DNA of 64,000 bases from Thermodesulfobacteriota bacterium (GTDB lineage Bacteria > Desulfobacterota > Anaeroferrophillalia > Anaeroferrophillales > Tharpellaceae). Every line of letters starts with the position of its first letter. Position 1 is the first letter of the stretch. The stretch is taken from contig JANTFH010000005.1 in assembly GCA_024763535.1 (NCBI GenBank), forward strand, positions 4,612-68,611, given 5' to 3'. The notes beneath the pieces were generated by a model. That model searched no databases. It had not been told where the DNA came from and saw only the letters and a program-made list of their open reading frames with translations. A program made the position numbers and the translations under genes. Positions 50,384 through 60,071 of the stretch are shown here, one piece after another.

Positions 50384-50498
50384 TTTGGTCTCCCTTTATC
50401 AGATTAGCAAGGCTTCTTATGTCTGCCTGGAGCCTGACATTTTATGCAAACAAACTACATTATAAAGGTTTTGTGGGGTAAATGTCAATAAAAACCGA

Positions 50499-51623
50499 CT
50501 AAACCACATTTTCCTGATCATCATCGGTTTCGGAATCCTTGGTGATGATTCGCTCTTTAATCTGGTTCCAGATCTTCTTTTTAGGTAGAAGTTTCTGGAT
50601 CTCGTGGTTCTTCTCAAGTTCATTAAGCATATGCGAATTAACCTGTTTTTCTGCAAATTCAGCACAGAGCCGGATGCCGTTTTTTATCGATTTCCGACAG
50701 GATGAGCCGTGGGCGATAAAACAGTTGCCGTTGAGTCCCAAAAGCGGCGCCCCACCGACTTCGGTATAGTCAAGACGCTGTTTAATGCTCATAAGACCGT
50801 TTTTACAGAACCAGGCTCCAAGCTTGCGGGCGGTACTGGAGGTTAACTCCTCACGCATGATCTCTATCATGGCCATCCCCAGGCTTTCGGAGGTTTTTAA
50901 GACAATATTGCCGACGAAGCCGTCGCAGACAACTACATCCAGTTCGCCGGGGTAAATATCCCGACCTTCAACCGGGCCCACATAGTTCAGAGGGCTGTGT
51001 TTTAAGAGGTCATTGGTGGCCCGGGTTAATTCGTTGCCTTTGCTCTCTTCTTCACCGTTACTCAGGAGTCCAACCTTGGGAAGCTTGCGGTTCATGACCC
51101 ATTGCGCGTAGACGCTGCCCATAATTGCAAATTGGGCCAGATGCAGCGGGGCACAGTCAACATTACCCCCGACGTCAAGGACGGTTACAGGTTTTTTCAG
51201 GGTCGGCAGGCAGGTGGCGATAGCGGGTCGGTCAATACCTTTGAGTTTTTTCAGGGTGACCATGGCGATTGCCATGGTCGCTCCGGAATTCCCGGCGGAG
51301 ATGAATCCCTGCGCCCGCCCGTCCCGGACCAGTCGCAGACCAACGGCAATGGATGAGTCACGTTTGCGGCGCATCGCTTTGCCGGGTGAATCATCCATAG
51401 TTACGATTTCAGTTGCTGGTTGGACAAAAATCGGCAGATTTTTGATGTCATGTTTGGCCAGTTCATTCTCAATACGATCTTGAATTCCGACCAGAATGAT
51501 CTGAAGGTTGAGTTCCCGGGATGCCGCCACAGCTCCGGCGATAATCTCCTGCGGGGCCTGATCGCCGCCCATGGCATCTACGGCAATCTTCATGGCCGAC
51601 CTTGCTTCAGTGAAGGTTGACAA
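50499..51623 (-). CDS. plsX: Phosphate acyltransferase PlsX, with an acidic C-terminal extension
   Basis: MKIAVDAMGGDQAP N-terminus. Adjacent to rpmF. Confidence 0.9.
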   Translation of the reverse strand: MSTFTEARSAMKIAVDAMGGDQAPQEIIAGAVAASRELNLQIILVGIQDRIENELAKHDIKNLPIFVQPATEIVTMDDSPGKAMRRKRDSSIAVGLRLVRDGRAQGFISAGNSGATMAIAMVTLKKLKGIDRPAIATCLPTLKKPVTVLDVGGNVDCAPLHLAQFAIMGSVYAQWVMNRKLPKVGLLSNGEEESKGNELTRATNDLLKHSPLNYVGPVEGRDIYPGELDVVVCDGFVGNIVLKTSESLGMAMIEIMREELTSSTARKLGAWFCKNGLMSIKQRLDYTEVGGAPLLGLNGNCFIAHGSSCRKSIKNGIRLCAEFAEKQVNSHMLNELEKNHEIQKLLPKKKIWNQIKERIITKDSETDDDQENVV

Positions 51624-51717
51624 ATTATGAACTTTTTTTCACATAACTGTAAACGGGAAAAGAGGTAGATTACCGTGCAACCCGTGCAACCTTCGAGGCG
51701 GGGAACCATGGATAGCT

Positions 51718-51894
51718 TAGTCTACTTCAATAAAGGTTTCACCCTTATAGGTGCCACAGGATGCACAGACCCGGTGGGGAACAGTTATCGCCTGGCAGTT
51801 GGGGCAGGTGTTGGTCTGCGGGGCAGTGATCGCCAGATGAGAACGGCGTTGTCTTTTTCTTGCTTTGGATGTTCTTCTTTTTGGTACAGCCATT
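51718..51894 (-). CDS. rpmF: 50S ribosomal protein L32
   Basis: Manually translated as MAVPKRRTSKARKRQRRSHLAITAPQTNTCPNCQAITVPHRVCASCGTYKGETFIEVD. Missing from the ORF track because of its small size. Confidence 0.9.
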
Positions 51895-52069
51895 ATCTTT
51901 CTCCGATAATAAAAAAGGGTTGTTCTTTATTGAGTATCTGCAGGCTGAGCCTGCATCGGGCGGTTTATCTGGTTTTGCACCGCACCTTAAGATATAAGGA
52001 TAGTTTAAAACAAAAAAGCGCCGTATATTATATTGATCCGCTTTTCTTGTCAAGCCTTAAAACTAAGCT

Positions 52070-53785
52070 TCAGTCATCCAGCACCTGCTGGTGATGCTTG
52101 ATGATATTAAAGTCATCCGCGAAGATGTAGTCCAGAGTCGATTTAACTCGAAACTGGGCTTTGGTTATAAATATTTCTGCAATATTAACCTTACGTTCGG
52201 AGTTGAGACCATCTCGACAAAGCAGATAGGCGTAGATAACATCACAGGTCATATTGACCAGACGGTTTGTGTGGTATTCCTGGAAAACCGAATCACCTTT
52301 ATCTTTGATAAAAGAGATTGCCATCTCCAGATTTGTCCGCATCTTCTGAGCCGTTTTGAAAATTTCCCCGAGTTGGGAGAGATCGTAATTGTCTTCATAC
52401 TCGCTTAGTCTTTCGGAGACCACCCCGGCAACAATTCCGCCCACGGCGGCAATCGCCTGGAGCTGGGTGGTACCTTCATAAATATTGGTGATGCGGGCAT
52501 CGCGGTAGTGACGTTCGACATCAAACTCCTTGGTGAAACCGACTCCGGCATGAATCTGGATGGCATCGTAGGTGACCTTGTTGGCCATTTCGGCGGCTGA
52601 ACTTTTTGCCAGCGGGGTAAAGAGCGAGGCAAACCGGGTATAGCGCTTGAAATCAGCTTTAATATCAGCGGCCCGGTCGGGATGGCTTTCGATGCGCTCT
52701 TCGATCCCCTCTTTGATGTCGACAATCTTGGAGGTTTCATAGACCAGAGAGCGGGCCGCTTCGATTGCGACCTTCATATCGGTAAGCATCTCATAGATGA
52801 CAGCAAAGTTTCTAATCGGTTGCTTAAACTGAGCCCGGTCATTGGCATAGGCATAAGCTTTACGGTAGGCGGCTTCAGCGATGCCGACCGACTGGGCGGC
52901 AACTGCGAGGCGGGCACCGTTCATCAGATAGATGGTATATTTGATCAGTCCGAGTTTGCGTTTCCCTAGGAGTTCGGCCCTGGCATTGTTAAACTGAAGC
53001 TCGCAGGTCGGGGAGCCGGTGATCCCGAGCTTGTGCTCGATCCTTCGTACTCTCATATCCTGATCGCGTTCGTAAATAAAGAGTGAGAGTCCGCGGCCGC
53101 TGGTTGATCCCTCTTCCGTACGAGCCATAACTAGAGATATGTCGCCGCAGCCGTTGGTGATAAAACGTTTGACTCCGTTAAGGCGCCAAGTACCGTTTTC
53201 ATCCTGATGGGCTCGCATGGCGACCGACTGAAGATCAGACCCGGAATCAGGTTCGGTCAGAGCCATTGAGCCCATGACTTCGCCGCTGGCGAATTTAGGC
53301 AGGTATTTCTGTTTCTGTTCCTCGGAACCGAATTTACAGATGGTATCACTTAACCCCTGCAGGCCGAAAACCAGCATCAGGGAGGCATCGGCCCGGGAGA
53401 TCATCTCAATGGCGGCGGAGAAGATCGTAATCGGCATGTTTATACCCCCATATTTACGGGGCATGGTAAATCCGGCCAGATCAGCCTGGTTGATCCGTTC
53501 AATCGATTCGCGGATACCTTTCGGGTAGGTTACCTCGCCATCGGCATACCGGGCTTCCTCTTCATCCACCTCCCGGGCCCGGGGTTCGGCAAATTCTCCG
53601 GCGATCTCACCGACAATCTCCAGCACCCGGTCGTAGTTATCCATGGCGTCGGCCTGATCAACCGGGGCGTAGGGAAACTCATCCTTTTCTTTGAAACCGT
53701 CTTCTTTTAAGTCGATTACCCGGCTTAAATCGAGGTTTTCCATGTGAAAGAGTATATCTGCATTATCTCGATAATAGTTTACCAT
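52070..53785 (-). CDS. Acyl-CoA dehydrogenase (long form, about 570 aa)
   Basis: ACAD N-terminal, middle and C-terminal domain sequences. Adjacent to etfAB. Confidence 0.85.
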   Translation of the reverse strand: MVNYYRDNADILFHMENLDLSRVIDLKEDGFKEKDEFPYAPVDQADAMDNYDRVLEIVGEIAGEFAEPRAREVDEEEARYADGEVTYPKGIRESIERINQADLAGFTMPRKYGGINMPITIFSAAIEMISRADASLMLVFGLQGLSDTICKFGSEEQKQKYLPKFASGEVMGSMALTEPDSGSDLQSVAMRAHQDENGTWRLNGVKRFITNGCGDISLVMARTEEGSTSGRGLSLFIYERDQDMRVRRIEHKLGITGSPTCELQFNNARAELLGKRKLGLIKYTIYLMNGARLAVAAQSVGIAEAAYRKAYAYANDRAQFKQPIRNFAVIYEMLTDMKVAIEAARSLVYETSKIVDIKEGIEERIESHPDRAADIKADFKRYTRFASLFTPLAKSSAAEMANKVTYDAIQIHAGVGFTKEFDVERHYRDARITNIYEGTTQLQAIAAVGGIVAGVVSERLSEYEDNYDLSQLGEIFKTAQKMRTNLEMAISFIKDKGDSVFQEYHTNRLVNMTCDVIYAYLLCRDGLNSERKVNIAEIFITKAQFRVKSTLDYIFADDFNIIKHHQQVLDD

Positions 53786-53895
53786 TTTAAACTCACTCCT
53801 TAATGCACTCGTAAAAGATCACGGAAAGGCAAAATAAAAAATTCGATACTCAATAACGCAGAAGATCGAAACTTTTTTACTTAGCCATAAGCTCC

Positions 53896-54906
53896 TTAGG
53901 CTTTTCTGTAGGCCTTAATCATCTTATTCAGGACATCCTTGACATCGCCGACGATGCCGTAGTGGGCGATAGCGAAAATCGGGGCATGGGGGTCTTTGTT
54001 TATAGCGATGATCCGTTTAGCCTCGGACATTCCGGCCCGGTGCTGGATCTGTCCGGAAATGCCGCAGGCTATGTAAAGATTGGGCCGTACCGTAATTCCG
54101 GTCTGGCCGACCTGGTGATCCTTGTCGAGGATACCCGAATCAACTACCGGCCGGGAGCAGCCTAATTCACCGCAGAGCGCGTGCGCCAGTTCCCGGGCCA
54201 GTTCTATCGCCTCGGGGTCGGAAGCCCCCATGCCGGCGGAGACGATAATCTGGGCGGCCTTCAGGTTAACGGCTTTCTCTTCACTTATAACTTCAAGTAC
54301 TTCAGTGAGAAAATCATCGTCACTGAGTTGGCAGGCCTGATTGACAACCTCAACCGTCAAGCCGGGGTTCGGAGCTGCCATCTTCATAACCCCCTCACGA
54401 ACAGTCGCCATGCTCGGCATACTTTCCGGAGAGACAATGGTCGCAATAATATTGCCGCCGAAAGCGGGGCGAATCTGGAGCAGAATATTTTTGTAGATTT
54501 TATCCTTGATCTTGTGTTCACCGATCTGCAAATCGGTGCAGTCTGCAGTCAGACCGCATTTCAAGGCGGATGCGACTCTGGGAGCGACATCCCGGCCCAT
54601 GGTTGTGGCCCCGAAGAGGACAATTCCGGGATTGTGGGCCTTGATGGTGTTGATAACCGTTTTGGCATACGGGATGGAGGTGAAGTGGGCCAGTCGCGCG
54701 TCATCCGTATAGTAGACCCTTTGACAGCCGTGATGACCTAAAACGGCAAGTTCATCGGTGAGGTTGTGGCCGACGGCTACGGCTTCAACCTGAACCCCGA
54801 GTTGTTCGGCGAGATCTGTGGCGGCCCCGAGTAGCTCCAGGCTGACTTCGGCAATTTTACCGGCTCGTGACTCGATGAAGACCATTACGTTTTTTTGTTT
54901 ACTCAT
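53896..54906 (-). CDS. etfA: Electron transfer flavoprotein alpha subunit
   Basis: EtfA FAD-binding C-terminal domain sequence. Confidence 0.9.
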   Translation of the reverse strand: MSKQKNVMVFIESRAGKIAEVSLELLGAATDLAEQLGVQVEAVAVGHNLTDELAVLGHHGCQRVYYTDDARLAHFTSIPYAKTVINTIKAHNPGIVLFGATTMGRDVAPRVASALKCGLTADCTDLQIGEHKIKDKIYKNILLQIRPAFGGNIIATIVSPESMPSMATVREGVMKMAAPNPGLTVEVVNQACQLSDDDFLTEVLEVISEEKAVNLKAAQIIVSAGMGASDPEAIELARELAHALCGELGCSRPVVDSGILDKDHQVGQTGITVRPNLYIACGISGQIQHRAGMSEAKRIIAINKDPHAPIFAIAHYGIVGDVKDVLNKMIKAYRKA

Positions 54907-54973
54907 ATTTTTTATTTCTCCTGCTGTCTTTAGGAACTTACAGGTTGTTATTTTCTATTTTCGTCGTGGGTTG

Positions 54974-55843
54974 TCATCCGATGATATTTTCACTGACCAG
55001 TTCATTCATGAGAGCGTTGATCTCCGATTCGCTGTTGGCTATCTGGCGGCTTTCACAGCCGCTCAGAACCACACTCTGAATCTTTTTAACCTTGGTCGGT
55101 GAACCGGAAAGACCGCATTGAACCGGGTCGGCTTTAATCGATTCTACGTTCCACTCTTTTATATGACTTAAAATACTGCAGTTCTCTGTTGCCAGATAAC
55201 TTTCGCCATAGGACGAATTGCAGATCTCTTTACCGATATTTTTGTAGGTCATTACCTTCTTGGCATTGGCCGAACGGGGTTCGTTGGCACTGGCGGTAAT
55301 CGTCAAAAGTACCGGGAAGCCGCTTTTGACAATCTCGTAACCATCTTCGACCGAGCGTTTCGCGGTGATTGATTCATCATTAATTTCAGTTACGGAGGAT
55401 ATGCAGGTGAGCTGGTTGATCTCAAGTTTTTCCGCAATCTGCGGTCCGACCTGAGCCGTATCACCGTCAATTGCCTGGCGGCCGCAGAGGATAAGGTCAT
55501 AGTCACCAGTCTGTTCAATGGCACACTTTAACGCGTATGAGGTTGCCAGGGTGTCGGCTCCGGCAAAGCGCCGGTCGGAGACCAGAATGGCGTCATCAGC
55601 TCCCCGATAGAGGCACTCTTTCAAAACCTCGACCGCATTCGGCGGCCCCATAGAGATGCAGGTAACGTGACCGCCGGCTCTCTCCTTGATTTTTAACGCC
55701 TCTTCCAGGGCATTGAGGTCTTCAGGGTTGAAAATTGTCGGTAGAGCGGCTCGATTTACAGTCCCATCTTCCTTCATGGCCTCCCCGGTAACGTTGTGTG
55801 TATCGGGAACCTGCTTGACGGTTACAATCATCCGTAAACCCAT
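54974..55843 (-). CDS. etfB: Electron transfer flavoprotein beta subunit. The start could instead be M5 at 55831.
   Basis: The MIVTVKQVPD N-terminus is typical of EtfB. Confidence 0.9.
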   Translation of the reverse strand: MGLRMIVTVKQVPDTHNVTGEAMKEDGTVNRAALPTIFNPEDLNALEEALKIKERAGGHVTCISMGPPNAVEVLKECLYRGADDAILVSDRRFAGADTLATSYALKCAIEQTGDYDLILCGRQAIDGDTAQVGPQIAEKLEINQLTCISSVTEINDESITAKRSVEDGYEIVKSGFPVLLTITASANEPRSANAKKVMTYKNIGKEICNSSYGESYLATENCSILSHIKEWNVESIKADPVQCGLSGSPTKVKKIQSVVLSGCESRQIANSESEINALMNELVSENIIG

Positions 55844-56430
55844 GAATGATACCTCGCTTTATTCTTAATGGTTGAAAGTTAACTGTATGGCCTTTGTTAC
55901 AATTATAAATCAAGGGCGGCTAATTAGCAAACTAATCAGGAAAAGACAAGGAAAACTATATTTGCTGCTGGTGTAAAAATTATATCACATGCAAACACCG
56001 ATTTTCGGGGTTTCGAGGAACCAGGATTTGGGGCCGTCAGGTGCCGCTGGGAAGGGGGTAAGTCGCGCCATTAAACAAGATATATTTATATCCAATAATT
56101 CGCCTTTTTGAATATATAAATATCTGAATTTAATAATAATTTTTTTTTCACAAAAAATTAAGAATAAGTTAATTTAGCTATTGACAGGAGCAATAATATC
56201 AACTAGAGCTAACTTTATAGAGTGGTCTGTAACGAAGATCAGTTTAACTCGCAAATAGAGATTAATGTTGACAAAGGGGGTGGGTTTTAGGCGCAACATG
56301 ATTTGCAGTTTAATTGATTGTTTCTGGTTGTGAGGGATAGCATCTTGCAAGCCCGCTTATTATGCAAACTTATGTAGAATGTATAAGCGGAAAATAAAGA
56401 TCTATTTTAACTTAGGGAGAAGAGAGGGGT

Positions 56431-57441
56431 ATGAAAATGAAGAAAAATTGGCTTTTGCTGGGTGCAGGGTTGCTGATGGTGCTGGCGATGACCATCACGG
56501 CCTGTACGACTTTGAGTGATCAAAGAGCCAGCGTTCTCAAGTTGCCGGTTCCCGTTCAGGGGGCTCAGTTTGCCGGGAGTGAGGCTTGTGCCGACTGCCA
56601 CGAAGAACTGGTGGCAACTTTCAGCGGCTCGATTCATGATCGGATCCTGGCCAAAGAGACAGCGATCGGCATGAAAGGCTGTGAGACCTGCCATGGTCCC
56701 GCCAGCCTGCATATGGATTCTGAGGATCCGGAACAGATTATCGCTTTTGAAAATCTGGATGCCGGAACTTCATCCGCGGTCTGTCTGCGTTGTCATAGTG
56801 ACGGTGAACATTTCGACTGGGCCGGTACCTCGCATCCGATGAATGATGTCGGTTGCTTGAGCTGTCATAAAATCCATAATCCACCGGTGGCGAAAAATTC
56901 GCTGGAAAAGGCCGAGCCGGAACTCTGTTATGAGTGTCATGCGCTGGAGCGGGCGAAGATGTACTATCCTTCGCATCATCCGGTTAAAGAGGGCAAGATG
57001 GTCTGCAGTGACTGTCACGCCAATCACGGTTCAATGGTTAATAACCTGAAAACCGATGAACGTCTTAACGATCTCTGTTTAAATTGTCATGCCCGTTATC
57101 AGGGCCCGTTCGTTTTCGAACATTCACCGGTTTCCGATGATTGTATGATCTGTCACGATCCGCACGGTACGGTTTCTAATAATCTCAAAAAAGCGAATGA
57201 ACCTTACCTCTGCCTGCAGTGTCACGAGCCGCATTTCCACGCCGGCCGGACTTCAACCCCGACGGGTGTAATGAAGGATCCGTATGGTAATTTGGTTCCA
57301 GAGAAAGATTATAACAGCGGTAATAAAAATGTTTGGGCTCAGGCTTACGCTACCAAATGTACTCAGTGTCATGCCCAGATTCACGGCAGCGATCTGCCCT
57401 CCCAGACGGTTCCCGGACAGGGCGGGGGTTTAACCAGATAA
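56431..57441 (+). CDS. Periplasmic decaheme c-type cytochrome (MtrA/PioA/MtoA-like size and heme count)
   Basis: Signal peptide with a possible lipobox (ITAC) and 10 CxxCH motifs in 336 aa. A beta-barrel gene follows 15 nt downstream. Confidence 0.85.
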   Translation: MKMKKNWLLLGAGLLMVLAMTITACTTLSDQRASVLKLPVPVQGAQFAGSEACADCHEELVATFSGSIHDRILAKETAIGMKGCETCHGPASLHMDSEDPEQIIAFENLDAGTSSAVCLRCHSDGEHFDWAGTSHPMNDVGCLSCHKIHNPPVAKNSLEKAEPELCYECHALERAKMYYPSHHPVKEGKMVCSDCHANHGSMVNNLKTDERLNDLCLNCHARYQGPFVFEHSPVSDDCMICHDPHGTVSNNLKKANEPYLCLQCHEPHFHAGRTSTPTGVMKDPYGNLVPEKDYNSGNKNVWAQAYATKCTQCHAQIHGSDLPSQTVPGQGGGLTR

Positions 57442-57455
57442 TTTAAGGAGAGATT

Positions 57456-59780
57456 ATGAAACGTATTGCACAATACACGATTCTGGCCCTCTGCCTGGTG
57501 CTGGTACCGGTTCTTGCGTGGGCGGGACAAACCACGGGCAGTGTCGGGATTGGTATTCAGGGAGTCGATATTAACGACTCACGCGAGGGTGCGGCTGAGT
57601 ATCTTACTGCCGAACAGGGCGGCCGGCCGACATTTGACATGACGGTCAACGGCGAACAAAACGGCGTCAAATATGATTTCGGGATGAATTTTCTCAATGA
57701 AGATGATCTTGGTGGCAATCTTGATTTAGACCTGAAGCGTTATTTTAGGACTAAAAACAGTTACCAGAAATTTAACCACTGGTTGGAAAATGATGACCTC
57801 GTTAACCATAATGAGGATCCTGATTTTAGGTTTCCAACCGGAATGACAGAAACAAACCCTTACTACATTGCGGCCGCCAGTAAGGCAGTTTTTAATAAAC
57901 CGCAAGTAATGGGACCCAATATTGCGGTAGCCCGGAATACTTCCTGGGGCGATGATCTTTATGTTGTCCGTGATGAATTTGTTTCCGAGAATGAATTTCT
58001 GCTTCCCGGAGCCGAGTTCATTAAAATTCATGCAAAATATCGGATGGAACAGCGTGAAGGTTACGAACAGACCAAGACTTTGAGTAAATGCGGCGGCTGT
58101 CATCTGGCGGCGGATAAACACAAAATCGATGAAGAGACCCAGGATTTTCAGATCGGGGCGACCGCTCATTTAGGTCTGGTAACTCTGGATTACACCTTCC
58201 TGCGACGCACTTTTGATGAGAATTCAAACGCGCCGACACATACTTATATGTCAGCCGGGTCATTGCAGAAAAAGATGGCGATTGACGGATCTGATGGTGA
58301 AGTGATCTATGCCGCGACCCCGGATTCCGAGAAGGATTCTCATATTATCAAAGCTCAGGTGGCGTTGCCGATGAATACGGCGGTTTTCGGTAGCTACGTT
58401 CATACCGAAATCGATAATAATGACGCCAAGAGCAATAATGTGGGTGATGTAACTATCAGCAGCGATCCGGGTTTTGATTATGATGCCTACGCGATGCGGG
58501 TTACCTCTTCACCGCTTCACTTTATGACGATGTCATTCAAGTATCGTCATGAAGATCTCGACGCTGATGATGTTACAATTCTGTTTGATGACTCAGCTTA
58601 TGACCCGCTGGGGCGTGATTCCCAAGTACTGGATCCGACAAACTACGGTCTCCATGGCTACTCGGAAGAGCATGACGGCTGGCCGCGTGAACGGCAGTCG
58701 ACCCTGTCTCGCAATATCGACACTTACGGGGCCGAGTTCAAATTCAAGGTTTTCAAACGTACCAACCTGCTGGTTGGCTGGGAGCGGGAAGAGGAAGATA
58801 TCGATGTTGAGTGGGAGACCACCACGGATATCTATTCGGTTGCTTTAAACAGTCGTCTGATTAAAAATTTGAGTCTGCGTCTGCAGTATGATTACGAGGA
58901 TATTGACGATCCTTTCGCTAATGAGCACGCGGCTTATACTGATCCGGCAGCTATGCTTACCTGGCTTAAGGCGACGGTCGATCCCACCTGTGGTCTGCCG
59001 GCCTGTAGTATTAAAGGTATGGCCAGTCCCGGCAGCCCCAAAGCGGCCGAGTATACGGTGATGTATAACAGTCGTCAGCTTGATCTGACTTCCGAGCCCG
59101 AAAGTGCGCATCATTTCAAAGCGCATGCCTCTTATAACATTACACCGCGCATTGTTGCCAGTGGTCATTTCCAGTATGATCTGGAAGAGGTCAAAATTGA
59201 TGCGCCGGGACATGGCAACACCTTCGACAAGGAGATGTATGCTGTGGGGGCCGATCTTTTTCTCGCACCGCTGGATAATCTGACGTTTACGTTGGCTTAT
59301 AACTACCTCGATATGGAGGATCAGGCTTTTCTCTCCGCGGTTGCCTATGGCGGCTGAGCCGGCTCTTTTTTGTCCCCAAGTTATGGGGTCACATTGTCGG
59401 ATATGGAGAACAACACCGAAGTTCACACCCTGCTTGTAAGTGCTGATCTTGCAGCGACTGAGAAACTTAAATTCAACGGTGGTATAATCTTTAACTGGAG
59501 CAAATCCGAGATGGATAATCTCAGTGCCTCCTATTATGAAGGTAAGCAGCCGGCCGCATTTGGTTACGACCATGCGATCGCTTTCAGTACCTGGGAAGAT
59601 AATACCGATCAGGATATTCAGGAGGTTGAGTACTACCTGGGTTGTTCGTATGATGTCAATGATATGATGTCAGTTAATATTAATGCCTCATATACCGACT
59701 ATACCGATGACGAGCCCTATCTTTATGATACTGATGGCGATCTCCTCCTGGTTAATGCCGGTCTGACTTTCAGATTCTAA
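57456..59780 (+). CDS. Outer-membrane beta-barrel protein (MtrB/PioB-like porin partner of the decaheme cytochrome). It contains an in-frame TGA at 59355-59357 and one CGGCH motif.
   Basis: Signal peptide and amphipathic beta-strand pattern. ORFs 57456..59357 and 59370..59780 share a frame with no intervening stops. Only the downstream piece ends in the typical outer-membrane-protein C-terminal signature ...GLTFRF. Confidence 0.55.
59374..59388 (+). ncRNA. SECIS-like hairpin 16 nt downstream of the UGA at 59355
   Basis: Stem cccca/ugggg with loop aguua at +24..+28 from the UGA. Confidence 0.3.
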
Positions 59781-59822
59781 GCTGAAATTTAGTTGTTGAA
59801 AATGAGGGCTTAACCAACACAA

Positions 59823-59859
59823 AAAGGCCCCGACTTTATTAAAGTCGGGGCCTTTTTTT
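59823..59859 (+). terminator. Intrinsic terminator after the cytochrome-porin operon
   Basis: Hairpin aaaggccccgacttt/aaagtcggggccttt followed by a 7-nt T-run. Confidence 0.75.
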
Positions 59860-59880
59860 ATAAAAATATCGGCTCGTTTC

Positions 59881-59909
59881 TTGACAATGGCGATATCTGT
59901 CGTTATCTT
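59881..59909 (+). promoter_or_regulatory. Candidate sigma70 promoter (TTGACA, 17 nt, TATCTT) driving a short leader or small-RNA transcript
   Basis: TTGACA at 59881-59886 and TATCTT at 59904-59909 with a 17-nt spacer. Confidence 0.35.
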
Positions 59910-60020
59910 ATGTAAAAGTTCAAGTGTTTCTGGTGTTTGTTGCGGCCACTACCAAAGGAGTTGCCCTTGCCGGTTGTGATTTGCAGATTTAAACAAACTT
60001 TGACGATGAAATAATTTTCA

Positions 60021-60052
60021 GCCGTCGGCTTAGCCGACGGCTCTTGTTTTTT
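60021..60052 (+). terminator. Intrinsic terminator/attenuator 20 nt upstream of the 60072 gene
   Basis: Perfect 9-bp stem gccgtcggc/gccgacggc with loop tta, followed by tcttgtttttt. Confidence 0.6.
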
Positions 60053-60071
60053 CTACGGACTTTTAAACTGT

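Noticed and set aside
51745-52053. 102-aa minus-strand ORF
   Set aside because: It overlaps rpmF in another frame. rpmF (L32) is clearly readable at 51718..51894.
56150-56430. Specific sigma70 promoter call for the decaheme cytochrome operon
   Set aside because: Several partial -35/-10 matches (TTGACA at 56181 and 56270, TAGAAT at 56375) have wrong spacing. Only a generic AT-rich regulatory region is supportable.
3665-59357. Alternative explanation that TGA is globally recoded (genetic code 4 Trp or code 25 Gly)
   Set aside because: TGA terminates nuoM, parA, recQ and nrnA at the expected protein ends. GC content is about 50%. Two of the TGAs align to strictly conserved Cys positions, not Trp or Gly.
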